64,000 bases of DNA, taken from assembly GCA_910585005.1 (NCBI GenBank), contig CAJUCN010000007.1, positions 37,289 through 101,288 on the forward strand, read 5' to 3'. Every line of letters starts with the position of its first letter. Positions within the stretch are counted from its first letter, which is position 1. Under the pieces are notes generated by a model, which saw nothing but the letters and a program-made list of their open reading frames with translations, ran no database searches and was not told the DNA's origin. The translations under genes and the position numbers were made by a program. Source of the DNA: an uncultured Lachnospiraceae bacterium. Its GTDB lineage: Bacteria > Bacillota > Clostridia > Lachnospirales > Lachnospiraceae. Of this stretch, positions 49,204-57,438 are shown one piece after another.

Positions 49204-50097
49204 ATGACAAACGAACAGCTTGTAACATTGATAAAAAACAAAGTAGACGTATCTGACAATATGCTTCAGCTTTGGGAGCAGAACAAGGGCTTCATAAACA
49301 AGATTGCATTTGCTCATCGTGGGTATGAGGACATAGAGGATCTGAAGCAGCAGGGTTATCTTGGCTTATGCCAGGCGGTGGAAGGGTACCGGGAAAAAGA
49401 AGGTGTGCCATTTATCAAATATGCTGCTTTCTGGATCCGTCAGAGCATGGCGCGCTATATAGAAAACTGCGGCAGTGTTGTGAGGATCCCTTCACATGAA
49501 AAACAACGTCAGAGAAAATACATAAAGCTTATTCAAGACTTTAAAGTTCAGATGGGCAGGGAACCTGCCGATTGGGAAGTATGCCATTGTATGCAGATTA
49601 GTTTTAAGATCCTGGAAGAAATAAAAAACAATGCCAGGTTGGGGCAGATCGGAAGCATTGATAACTATATAGGAGAAGATGGTGACAATACGGCTGCCGA
49701 TATGGTAGCGGCGGATGTTGATGTGGAAAGCGCTGTGCTTGACAAAATAGAAAAAGAGGAACTGAAACAGGTGGTATGGTCCGTAGTGGATACACTTCCG
49801 GACAATCAGCCGCAGGTGATACGGTCCATATACCAGGAAGGGAAGAGCCTTAAGGCAACCGGGGAAGAGATAGGCGTGAGCAAGGAGCGCACAAGGATAA
49901 TCAGAGATAAGGCTTTAAAGAAATTAAGGTGTACGGATCGCAAATATAAGCTCATGGCATTTTTGCCGGAAGCAGTGGAAAGCGCCGCATACCGGCATAA
50001 CGGAGTCAGTGAGTTCTGCCGCACATGGACAAGCTCAACGGAGCTTGCAGCCCTGAAAATCTATGAGGAAATAACAGGGCATGTTCTCCCCCAGTGA
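49204..50097 (+). CDS. Sigma-70 family RNA polymerase sigma factor with a C-terminal extension
   Basis: Region 2-like (YLGLCQAVEGYREKEGVPFIKYAAFWIRQSMARYI) and region 4 HTH (SLKATGEEIGVSKERTRIIRDKALKKLR). Confidence 0.8.
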   Translation: MTNEQLVTLIKNKVDVSDNMLQLWEQNKGFINKIAFAHRGYEDIEDLKQQGYLGLCQAVEGYREKEGVPFIKYAAFWIRQSMARYIENCGSVVRIPSHEKQRQRKYIKLIQDFKVQMGREPADWEVCHCMQISFKILEEIKNNARLGQIGSIDNYIGEDGDNTAADMVAADVDVESAVLDKIEKEELKQVVWSVVDTLPDNQPQVIRSIYQEGKSLKATGEEIGVSKERTRIIRDKALKKLRCTDRKYKLMAFLPEAVESAAYRHNGVSEFCRTWTSSTELAALKIYEEITGHVLPQ

Positions 50098-50159
50098 CAG
50101 ACGAGCGGCATCCAGGCTGCAGAAAGCCGCATAATACGGAAAGATTTCTTTCGGGCATA

Positions 50160-50172
50160 TAAGCTTTGCTTA
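50160..50172 (+). repeat. Right copy of the 13-bp border repeat TAAGCTTTGCTTA
   Basis: Exact match to 46015-46027. Confidence 0.7.
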
Positions 50173-50327
50173 GGAGTTTCATAAGGGTTAGCAGGGGAAG
50201 GAATTTGAAATCCTGTTAGGAAACAATAAAAATGGAAAGAAAGGTTTTTTTTCCAATGAGTATGTGATATAATAACTACAATTTGTTATTTTTCAAATCT
50301 TATAGGACGAAAAACGGAGGAACTTAT

Positions 50328-51566
50328 ATGTATTCACTGGACGAGGTAAGGAATTTTGACCCTGAAGTGGCAAAAGCAATTGTGGATGAGCAGGAGAGAC
50401 AAAATAGCCATATTGAACTGATCGCATCCGAGAACTGGGTAAGCAAGGCTGTCATGGCAGCGATGGGAAGCCCTCTTACTAATAAATATGCGGAAGGATA
50501 CCCGGGAAAACGCTATTATGGCGGATGTCAGTGTGTTGACGTGGTGGAGAATCTTGCTATTGACAGAGCAAAGGAACTGTTTGGCTGTGATTATGCAAAT
50601 GTACAGCCTCACTCAGGCGCCCAGGCAAATTTGGCTGTGCAGTTTGCAATCTGTGACCCTGGTGATACGATTATGGGGATGAACTTAGATCACGGCGGTC
50701 ATCTTACCCATGGAAGCCCGGTTAATATTTCAGGCAAGTATTTTCACATAGTACCTTACGGAGTCAATGACGACGGATTTATTGACTATGAAAAGTTACG
50801 GGAAATTGCGTTAGAATGTAAGCCTAAAATGATCATTGCAGGCGCTTCTGCGTATGCAAGAACCATAGATTTTAAGAAGTTCAGGGAGGTTGCAGACGAA
50901 GTAGGGGCTGTGCTTATGGTTGATATGGCACATATTGCAGGTCTTGTTGCGGCAGGACTTCACCCAAGCCCGATTCCCTATGCAGATGTAGTGACCACCA
51001 CGACCCATAAGACTTTAAGGGGGCCAAGAGGCGGTTTGATCCTTTGCAATCAGGAGGCGGCGGAAAAATATAATTTTAATAAAGCAGTATTTCCCGGTAT
51101 TCAGGGTGGGCCGCTGATGCATGTTATTGCCGCGAAAGCAGTCTGCTTTAAAGAAGCATTGTCTGATGAGTTCAAGGCATATCAGAAAGGAATCGTGGAT
51201 AACGCACAAGCGCTTTGTAAAGGATTGATCAATAGAGGAATCAAGATCGTGTCCGGGGGAACCGATAACCACCTGATGTTAATGGACTTGACGCCTTATG
51301 ATCTTACTGGCAAGGCAATTGAGAAAATGCTGGATGAAGCCTATATTACAGCGAATAAGAATACCATTCCCAATGATCCCAAATCACCGTTTGTAACCAG
51401 TGGTGTCCGTCTCGGTACGCCTGCAGTCACGTCAAGAGGCATGGGCATAGAAGATATGGATCAGATTGCCGAAGCCATTGCCATGATCATCAAAGGCGGT
51501 GAAGAGAAGATTCCGGAGGCAAGGGCGATTGTACAGAAGCTGACAGAGAAATATCCGCTTATTTGA
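50328..51566 (+). CDS. glyA: Serine hydroxymethyltransferase
   Basis: Has ELIASENW and the [17 protein letters not shown]-Lys motif. I prefer ATG 50328 (RBS ACGGAGGAA). Confidence 0.95.
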   Translation: MYSLDEVRNFDPEVAKAIVDEQERQNSHIELIASENWVSKAVMAAMGSPLTNKYAEGYPGKRYYGGCQCVDVVENLAIDRAKELFGCDYANVQPHSGAQANLAVQFAICDPGDTIMGMNLDHGGHLTHGSPVNISGKYFHIVPYGVNDDGFIDYEKLREIALECKPKMIIAGASAYARTIDFKKFREVADEVGAVLMVDMAHIAGLVAAGLHPSPIPYADVVTTTTHKTLRGPRGGLILCNQEAAEKYNFNKAVFPGIQGGPLMHVIAAKAVCFKEALSDEFKAYQKGIVDNAQALCKGLINRGIKIVSGGTDNHLMLMDLTPYDLTGKAIEKMLDEAYITANKNTIPNDPKSPFVTSGVRLGTPAVTSRGMGIEDMDQIAEAIAMIIKGGEEKIPEARAIVQKLTEKYPLI

Positions 51567-51597
51567 TAAGTAGAAGAATATAGAAAAGATAAAAACC

Positions 51598-51649
51598 AGA
51601 GGGCGCCGCAAAATCGTCGGATTAGATGATTTTGCGGCGCCCTCTTTTG
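51598..51649. terminator. Bidirectional terminator between glyA and the LUD gene
   Basis: 18-bp perfect stem AGAGGGCGCCGCAAAATC / GATTTTGCGGCGCCCTCT, T-rich on both sides. Confidence 0.85.
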
Positions 51650-51672
51650 CATAGCGCTGTTCGTCTGCCAGA

Positions 51673-52308
51673 TTAATATCCTAGTTCTTCGGCAATGAAA
51701 AAGATTTTGATTCTTCCGGGAATGCCGCTTCTTCTTGTGATGACGATCTGGTTGCACATACAGTCATCGGACAGGCAGCCGCCGCATTTTCCAGTGTGGA
51801 AACAAGGTGTGTTACGGTTTAAACGTTTGGCATTGGCGGGGGATGCTGTGTTTTGAACGCGCAGGCAGCCTGCATTAACATCGGCAACCAGCTTATTCAT
51901 GCCAACGATCATAATGATGTTTTTGGGGCCATGAATCAGGCACGCCACACGGTTTCCGCTGCCGTCAATGTTGATTAGTTCACCATCAAAGGTTATGGCG
52001 TTTGTGCTCATGAGGTAGTAATCTGCAAGGACAGACTTGGCGTAAAGCTGGCGTCCTTCTTCTGGGGTTTTCGCGCTGAACCGGTCAATAAGCTGGTAAT
52101 TTCCCTTTTGGAGTGCATCCATAAGCCCGCATTCCTTGATCGATTCGCTTCCGCCCCAACTGATCACAGAGCCTTCCTTGATTATATCAGTGACAAATGC
52201 AACGCAGGCGGCGCTGTTTTCAAAAAAGTATCCTTCCATGTTTCTTTTTTTTAGGTTTTGAATGGTGGTTTTTGCTGCAGTTTCAAAAGCAAGCTGTTTT
52301 GGTGTCAT
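51673..52308 (-). CDS. LUD-domain (LutC/YkgG-like) protein with a C-terminal Cys cluster
   Basis: 211 aa, LUD-like with a CFHTGKCGGCLSDDCMC tail. RBS is AGGAGGA. Confidence 0.7.
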   Translation of the reverse strand: MTPKQLAFETAAKTTIQNLKKRNMEGYFFENSAACVAFVTDIIKEGSVISWGGSESIKECGLMDALQKGNYQLIDRFSAKTPEEGRQLYAKSVLADYYLMSTNAITFDGELINIDGSGNRVACLIHGPKNIIMIVGMNKLVADVNAGCLRVQNTASPANAKRLNRNTPCFHTGKCGGCLSDDCMCNQIVITRRSGIPGRIKIFFIAEELGY

Positions 52309-52371
52309 AAGTAATCCTCCTGATGATTGTTTTGACTTATGGTATTAAGTATTATATCACGGTTTAGGGCC

Positions 52372-52427
52372 TGTGTCTCTTGTTTGCTGAGGATAAATTG
52401 TGGTTGGAGATTTAGAAAAGTGGAAAT
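52372..52427 (+). repeat. 56-bp perfect direct repeat, copy 1
   Basis: TGTGTCTCTTGTTTGCTGAGGATAAATTGTGGTTGGAGATTTAGAAAAGTGGAAAT, identical to 53553-53608. Confidence 0.95.
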
Positions 52428-52658
52428 AGCCTTATAGACCTACTATACAGTCACATCATAAAACAATAAAAAAAGCAAGGAAAACCTTGCAAAATAAGGA
52501 AATTTTTTATGAAGCTGGTTTATTCAAGTGGCAAACTCCGGATTGAAATATCAATGACGCCATGTTACAATACCATGAAATAAGGCGCTATACTTTATAC
52601 GAAATTGTGAAGGGGATCTTTCTGAAGATATGGAAGCCGCAGAGGGAGATGAAGTTAA

Positions 52659-53435
52659 GTGGAATTGGTGATTTGGGTAGTATTTGAGACAATATGTGTG
52701 CTGGCACATTTATTGATGAGTATGATACCGGTATCAGACCCTGTTTGGGTATGGACGTTAAGCGCATATAGCCAGGTGTTTATTACTTTGATTTCTATTT
52801 ACATTTTCCGGAGTTATTTATGCAAAGAACCTGCTCTGTGTTCATTGGGAAGGAAAGAATTGAAATACTGCGTTTGGGCAGCCGTCATAGGGGTTGGGAT
52901 ATGCCTTGGGCACAGAGCCTTGCTACTGTTTTTTTGGGATTTTGTAGAAAAAAGTTTAAGGGATATCGGGGGAGTATCGATATCGAACAATGCGGTATTT
53001 GTAAATACATTACCGGGAATCCTGTATACGGCTTTGCTTGGGCCTGCGACGGAGGATATATTTTACCGTGGGGTTATTTTTCACGTCGCAAGGCAGAGAT
53101 GGGGCAACCTCTATGCAGTCCTTATTTCAAGTTTGCTGTTTGCAATCTGGCATTTAAACGGCGTCCAGTTTATTTCGGCTTTGTTTATGGGCGTGATCAT
53201 CGGGTACGCCGTTATTTTGACAGACAATGTCTATATCGGGGTGGTGATCCATGTTGTGAATAATGCTTTTTCACTTTTCAATGGGGCTGTTTTGAATAAG
53301 CTGTGGGATTTCGAGGGCAGTTTTGCTTTTGCACCGATTGGAATCGGGATTTTATTATTGGTGTTTGGTATTTTGATGCTCCAGCGTGAAACGCGGAAAG
53401 TGGCATGGCGGATAAGCGCAGAAAAGGAGCAATAG
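52659..53435 (+). CDS. CPBP-family intramembrane glutamic endopeptidase (CAAX protease/Abi-like)
   Basis: Has TEDIFYRG, FAIWH and HVVNN motifs in a polytopic protein. GTG start. Confidence 0.85.
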   Translation: MELVIWVVFETICVLAHLLMSMIPVSDPVWVWTLSAYSQVFITLISIYIFRSYLCKEPALCSLGRKELKYCVWAAVIGVGICLGHRALLLFFWDFVEKSLRDIGGVSISNNAVFVNTLPGILYTALLGPATEDIFYRGVIFHVARQRWGNLYAVLISSLLFAIWHLNGVQFISALFMGVIIGYAVILTDNVYIGVVIHVVNNAFSLFNGAVLNKLWDFEGSFAFAPIGIGILLLVFGILMLQRETRKVAWRISAEKEQ

Positions 53436-53552
53436 AAAGGAATCCGGATGCGGCGCCTGCAGGGGGTCTTGTTGTCAGCAATTAATCTTAGAAATTTTTT
53501 TTGGATTCACATAATAGTTGCTGTAATATCAATCGTACTGTGATATAACCCG

Positions 53553-53608
53553 TGTGTCTCTTGTTTGCTGAGGATAAATTGTGGTTGGAGATTTAGAAAA
53601 GTGGAAAT
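53553..53608 (+). repeat. 56-bp perfect direct repeat, copy 2
   Basis: Identical to 52372-52427. The offset is 1181 bp. Confidence 0.95.
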
Positions 53609-53761
53609 GGCCAGAAAGACTGTCCAAGACATAAAATATTTGAATATTATGTAAAATTTTGTAAAAATATGTAAAATATTGACGCATAATACATATAATA
53701 CAGATAAATTGTGTATATAAAAAGAAAAATGAAAAAATAAAGAAAAAATTGAAAAAATGTG

Positions 53762-53790
53762 TTGACAAATTATGCTGAACTGGTTATAAT
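53762..53790 (+). promoter_or_regulatory. Perfect consensus sigma-A promoter with no ORF downstream
   Basis: TTGACA, 17-bp spacer, TATAAT. Preceded by an AT-rich tract carrying three TGTAAAA repeats (53650-53676). Confidence 0.7.
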
Positions 53791-54121
53791 AAAATCACAA
53801 AAACAAATTCACATAGATAATCTTAAGGAAAAGGAGGTACGGTCCACCAAGAACATAAGATCAGCTATTTGATACTAAATAGCATAATGTGAAAGAGTTA
53901 GCTTTTAAAGTACAAAAGAACAAAGTACCAAAGAAAGCGAATTTCAAATTCGTATCCAGTACAGAAGAAAAAGTAGCGAATTACATCAAGATGAGTTAGA
54001 AACGTTACAGTACACATTGTACAAAAGAAAAAAGGGAAAAGTACGAAGGAGAAAACAACTGAATAGGGAAACAGTCCAAAAAGGAAAGGGAGGTAAAGAC
54101 CATTGGATAGCATAGTTTAAG

Positions 54122-54157
54122 AGCGGGTGTTGATCGAGAAGATTGATGCCCGCTTTT
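54122..54157 (+). terminator. Intrinsic terminator 1 of the candidate RNA
   Basis: 14-bp stem (AGCGGGTGTTGATC / GATTGATGCCCGCT, with G-U pairs) followed by TTTT. Confidence 0.6.
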
Positions 54158-54159
54158 AT

Positions 54160-54188
54160 GCGGTGTGAAGGTGTGCACCGCCATTTTT
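54160..54188 (+). terminator. Intrinsic terminator 2 of the candidate RNA
   Basis: GCGGTG / CACCGC stem followed by CATTTTT. Confidence 0.55.
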
Positions 54189-54258
54189 ATGTAAAAAATT
54201 TTTTTTGTAGAAATTTGCAGATGAATCATGTATGATAATTCATATGGAGGATTATAGC

Positions 54259-55581
54259 ATGGCAAAGAATGAAGATATTGTTGAAGAGTTAGACCGGAGG
54301 GCATACAGGCGGAAAAGAAGGATCAGAAATCAGGCGATCTCATATATAGCGCTTGCGGTTATATTGATTGGACTGGTGATCGGCTGCGTGATCGGTGTCG
54401 GGAAGGTCATGAAGATATTGAATGAGAAAAAGCTTTCGGAGGATCTTCAAAAGCAATTGGAGGAGCTTACACAAAATGAAGAAGAACCGGCTACGGTGGA
54501 AGCGCCTGATGATCAGATGGAACCTGTTGGAGAGACGGATTATTTGGATGAGATCGTAAATAATTGCATTGCAGAGATGCCTCTTGAGGATAAGGTGGCA
54601 GGGCTGTTTATCATTACGCCGGAAGCGCTTACTGATACGGATATTGTAGTCAGGGCAGGCGATACCACCAAAGAAAAGTTAACAGCACATACCATAGGGG
54701 GGCTGATTTATTCTTCCCAAAATATTAAGGATTCCGAACAACTCATGGAGATGCTCAAAAACACTAAAAATTGGAGCAGATACCCCATCTTTTTAGGGAT
54801 AGAGGAAGAAGGCGGAGAGGTAAGCAGGGTCGCCCAGGCGGGGCTTGCTGACAATGTAGGACCGATGGCGGAGATAGGAAGTTCGGGAGATGCGGCCATT
54901 GCCAAAGAAGCAGGTACGGCAATTGGATCTTATTTGTCAGGGTATGGATTTAATATGGATTTTGCACCGGTAGCGGATGTGGCCGTGGAAGAAAATGCAA
55001 TGATTGGGGAGAGATCTTTTGGCAGTGACGTTAATTTGGTTTCTCCAATGGTTGCGGCTGCGGTGGAAGGATTGCAGGAAAGTGGTGTCAGTGCATGCCT
55101 GAAGCATTTTCCGGGGCTTGGGAACACCACGGAAGATCCCCATAATGGGATGGCAGTTACAGAAAAGACGATGGATGATTTTGCGGTTACGGATTTTCCG
55201 GTATACCAGGCAGGGATTGGCGCGGGGGTTGATTTTATCATGGTAAGCCATCTTTCGGCGCCCAATGCGTTGGGGGATAATACACCGGCATCCCTTTCGC
55301 CTGTGATGATCACAGATACCCTTAAGGGGCAATTAGGATACCAGGGGATCGTACTTACAGACGCTATGGACATGGCAGCGATCACGGAATATTACACGTC
55401 CGGGGAGGCGGCCGTAAAAGCGCTTTTGGCGGGGGCGGATATGATCCTTATGCCGGAAAATTTCCTGGAAGCTTATCAGGGAGTATTGGATGCCGTAAAT
55501 GACGGCACATTGTCAGAAGAACGTATTGACGAATCTTTGAGAAGGATCTACCGTGTCAGATACAAGGACAGGGTGGAATAA
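54259..55581 (+). CDS. Membrane-anchored GH3 N-terminal-domain hydrolase (NagZ-like beta-N-acetylhexosaminidase)
   Basis: Basic N-terminus plus a TM helix, then GH3 motifs (KHFPGLGNT, the MVSH region). I prefer ATG 54259. Confidence 0.8.
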   Translation: MAKNEDIVEELDRRAYRRKRRIRNQAISYIALAVILIGLVIGCVIGVGKVMKILNEKKLSEDLQKQLEELTQNEEEPATVEAPDDQMEPVGETDYLDEIVNNCIAEMPLEDKVAGLFIITPEALTDTDIVVRAGDTTKEKLTAHTIGGLIYSSQNIKDSEQLMEMLKNTKNWSRYPIFLGIEEEGGEVSRVAQAGLADNVGPMAEIGSSGDAAIAKEAGTAIGSYLSGYGFNMDFAPVADVAVEENAMIGERSFGSDVNLVSPMVAAAVEGLQESGVSACLKHFPGLGNTTEDPHNGMAVTEKTMDDFAVTDFPVYQAGIGAGVDFIMVSHLSAPNALGDNTPASLSPVMITDTLKGQLGYQGIVLTDAMDMAAITEYYTSGEAAVKALLAGADMILMPENFLEAYQGVLDAVNDGTLSEERIDESLRRIYRVRYKDRVE

Positions 55582-55589
55582 TTAAAAGC

Positions 55590-55970
55590 ATGGACTTTTA
55601 TAAGAAAATTGGAATTGTCTGCAGGCAGATTCCGGCGGGAAGGGTGGCGACTTATGGGCAGATAGCCCTTTTATGCGAAAAGCCCCGGAACGCTAGGCAG
55701 GTAGGGTATGCATTAAAAAACGGGCTTGCCGGAGAAGGTATCCCCGCCTACCGGGTGGTAAATTCCCAAGGGATATTAAGTGGAGCGGTTCATTTTGAGA
55801 CTTATGATATGCAAAAGCTCTTGCTGGAAGAAGAAGGGATTGAAGTGAAATTCCGCCAGGGAATGTGGTATGTGGATCTAAAGAACTATGGCTGGAAAAA
55901 CACGATGGAGGACTTTTACCTGCTTCAAGGTTTGTTTGCCGGTATGACAGAAGGAGAACTGGAACGCTAG
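55590..55970 (+). CDS. Alkyltransferase-like (MGMT DNA-binding domain) protein lacking the acceptor Cys
   Basis: VATYGQIA...NARQVGYAL HTH. The position of the PCHRV active site reads PAYRV. Confidence 0.75.
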   Translation: MDFYKKIGIVCRQIPAGRVATYGQIALLCEKPRNARQVGYALKNGLAGEGIPAYRVVNSQGILSGAVHFETYDMQKLLLEEEGIEVKFRQGMWYVDLKNYGWKNTMEDFYLLQGLFAGMTEGELER

Positions 55971-56016
55971 GCAGATAAGGCCGTTTAAAATTTATGAAAT
56001 AAATTTAAAAAATTCG

Positions 56017-56045
56017 TTGACAAAGTGGAAATTATATAGTATATT
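56017..56045 (+). promoter_or_regulatory. Promoter of tRNA-Gly
   Basis: TTGACA, 17-bp spacer, TATATT, about 30 nt upstream of the tRNA. Confidence 0.6.
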
Positions 56046-56077
56046 AATACTTGTCCGTCAGGTACGGATGAGCAAAT

Positions 56078-56150
56078 GCGCGAGTGGCTCAGTTGGTGGA
56101 GCGCGACCTTGCCAAGGTCGAGGCCGCGGGTTCGAGTCCCGTCTCGCGCT
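56078..56150 (+). tRNA. tRNA-Gly: tRNA-Gly (anticodon GCC), no encoded CCA
   Basis: Hand-folded cloverleaf: acceptor GCGCGAG/CTCGCGC, D-arm GCTC..GAGC, anticodon stem CGACC/GGTCG with loop TTGCCAA, T-arm GCGGG TTCGAGT CCCGT. Confidence 0.9.
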
Positions 56151-56152
56151 CT
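56130..56152 (+). repeat. attL core (3' end of the intact tRNA-Gly)
   Basis: GTTCGAGTCCCGTCTCGCGCTCT, identical to 63954-63976. Confidence 0.9.
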
Positions 56153-56161
56153 TTTTAAAGA

Positions 56162-56200
56162 AGCGGAAACGTTGATAAATACAGCGTTTCCGCTATTTTT
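56162..56200 (+). terminator. Terminator after the tRNA (element-borne)
   Basis: AGCGGAAACG / CGTTTCCGCT stem followed by ATTTTT. Confidence 0.7.
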
Positions 56201-56203
56201 GTG

Positions 56204-56235
56204 TGTCTACAAATCGGTAGACAGTTGTAGACAGT
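56204..56235 (+). repeat. GTAGACA repeats next to int (candidate arm-type sites)
   Basis: TGTCTAC (inverted) at 56204-56210, GTAGACAGT at 56217-56225 and TTGTAGACAGT at 56225-56235. Confidence 0.5.
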
Positions 56236-56247
56236 ACCTTAGTACCA

Positions 56248-57438
56248 TTACAATGCCTTTGTTATGAGGTCATAGGTTTCTTTTTCGGTCAGCGGATTGT
56301 AGATATATTCTAAGGTTGTGGAAAGGTTGCTATGCCCTAACATTTCCCTGATACAATCTAGCGGTACACCGTTCGCGTTCAGATTACTTGCATAGGTCTT
56401 ACGCATTTTATGGGTGCTCTTTGTGCGTACTCCCTGTCTCTCCGCAAACTTCTCCAATACATAAGCTATCTGTCTGGATGTAATGCGTTCCCCATCCCTC
56501 ATAAAAATGTACTTCCCCTGTTTTGGTATCTCCTCTAAGATTGATACCGCTTTCGGAATAAGGATAACAAAACGGTCACGGTTTGTTTTGGTATGCTCTA
56601 CTACCTCATATTGGTTTGTTTCCTGATTTCTGACTTCTTCACGGACAATATGAAGATGTGAAAGGTCTTTGCAGTCTTCCCATTTAAGGGCGGCTAACTC
56701 ACCCACACGCAGGCCGAGCAAAAAATTGATTTTTACAGCCAGAAATGCAACATCCTCTGTCTCTGTATACATTTTGTCAAGATACTGGTTCAGTTCCTTT
56801 AATTCCTCTGTATTGTAAGTCTCTGTCCTGCCCGTTTTCTTGACAATCTGTCTGTACTTGACGTATATCTCTACCTTATCCATAGGATTATCAGTCAGAT
56901 ATCTTTTCCTTATACTATATGTATACATCCCATTGAGAATCGTCTTTATGTTGCACCACTCTTTTCTGGACAAGTTAAACTCCTTTACAATACGGTTGCA
57001 CTCCTGTTCCAATATAAGTTCGTCAATCTTCTTGATTTTCATATCATGCAGGACAGACGGTTCAAAATATTTGCGGTAGTGCTGTCTGTGCCTTTTAATG
57101 GTATTAGAACTGTTTGTAACAGTAGCCTTATACGCAAGCCATTCTTCATAAAGTCCGTAAAATGTTAAGTTGTCAATGTGCGTATTAGCGAAATATATTG
57201 GAATCAGCTTATCCAACAATTCCTCTTTTGATTGTGCCTTGATATTTTTGCGCTTTCCTTTTTCATCTTTATAGCAGGTCTGCCAACGTCCGTTTGCAGT
57301 AGACGGTGGAGTAATCGCATAAGGGTGCATTTTTAATATAGTATCTATCTTCTTTGACATAAGCATATCAAGCACACTGTCTATATTTATTATACCAAGT
57401 TCTACGGCATTTTGCAATATTTCGTTCTGTTTTTCCAT
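56248..57438 (-). CDS. Tyrosine recombinase / integrase
   Basis: 396 aa with a C-terminal catalytic region (HKMRKTYAS ... LGHSNLSTTLEYIY). Adjacent to attL. Confidence 0.9.
   Translation of the reverse strand: MEKQNEILQNAVELGIINIDSVLDMLMSKKIDTILKMHPYAITPPSTANGRWQTCYKDEKGKRKNIKAQSKEELLDKLIPIYFANTHIDNLTFYGLYEEWLAYKATVTNSSNTIKRHRQHYRKYFEPSVLHDMKIKKIDELILEQECNRIVKEFNLSRKEWCNIKTILNGMYTYSIRKRYLTDNPMDKVEIYVKYRQIVKKTGRTETYNTEELKELNQYLDKMYTETEDVAFLAVKINFLLGLRVGELAALKWEDCKDLSHLHIVREEVRNQETNQYEVVEHTKTNRDRFVILIPKAVSILEEIPKQGKYIFMRDGERITSRQIAYVLEKFAERQGVRTKSTHKMRKTYASNLNANGVPLDCIREMLGHSNLSTTLEYIYNPLTEKETYDLITKAL

Larger units (their letters stand above)
46015..50172 (+). mobile_element. Integrase-less phage-derived island (XRE switch, scaffold-like, capsid-like, sigma factor)
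   Basis: A phage-type gene set inserted between housekeeping genes. TAAGCTTTGCTTA occurs at 46015-46027 and at 50160-50172. Confidence 0.5.
53797..54188 (+). ncRNA. Candidate ~390-nt purine-rich non-coding transcript (or long regulatory leader)
   Basis: Bounded by the consensus promoter and two tandem terminators. It has no ORF with both an RBS and a start codon. It contains two SD-like AAGGAGGT/GGGAGGT motifs, several local hairpins and repeated AGTAC motifs. Confidence 0.4.

Noticed and set aside
46015-50172. Treating TAAGCTTTGCTTA as a definite att site.
   Set aside because: The 13-mer is itself a palindrome (TAAGC-TTT-GCTTA). Each copy lies in a promoter-proximal region, upstream of dagK and upstream of glyA. 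It could therefore be a host transcription-factor site occurring twice. I report it as a border repeat with that caveat.
52509-52583. A 24-codon ORF (MKLVYSSGKLRIEISMTPCYNTMK) upstream of the CPBP/Abi-like gene, as a possible bacteriocin precursor.
   Set aside because: It has no double-glycine or lanthipeptide-type leader and only a weak RBS, and nothing indicates conservation. It cannot be supported from sequence alone.
53889-54005. A 38-codon GTG-initiated frame (VKELAFKVQKNKVPKKANFKFVSSTEEKVANYIKMS) and the minus-strand Phe/Leu-rich ORF 53898-54113, both inside the candidate ncRNA.
   Set aside because: Neither has an RBS at the right distance. The composition simply mirrors the purine-rich plus strand and pyrimidine-rich minus strand. 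I keep them only as a refutation route for the ncRNA call.
53797-54188. Assigning the candidate RNA to a known family (6S, tmRNA, RNase P, SRP, glmS, OLE/ROOL-type).
   Set aside because: I could not find the hallmark motifs of any of these: no tRNA-like end, no GAGGAAAGUCC-type P4 region, and no conserved glmS core. It is left unclassified pending an Rfam search.
56076-56267. The tracked 63-aa ORF starting at 56076.
   Set aside because: It is the translation of tRNA-Gly and its downstream terminator. It is not a gene.
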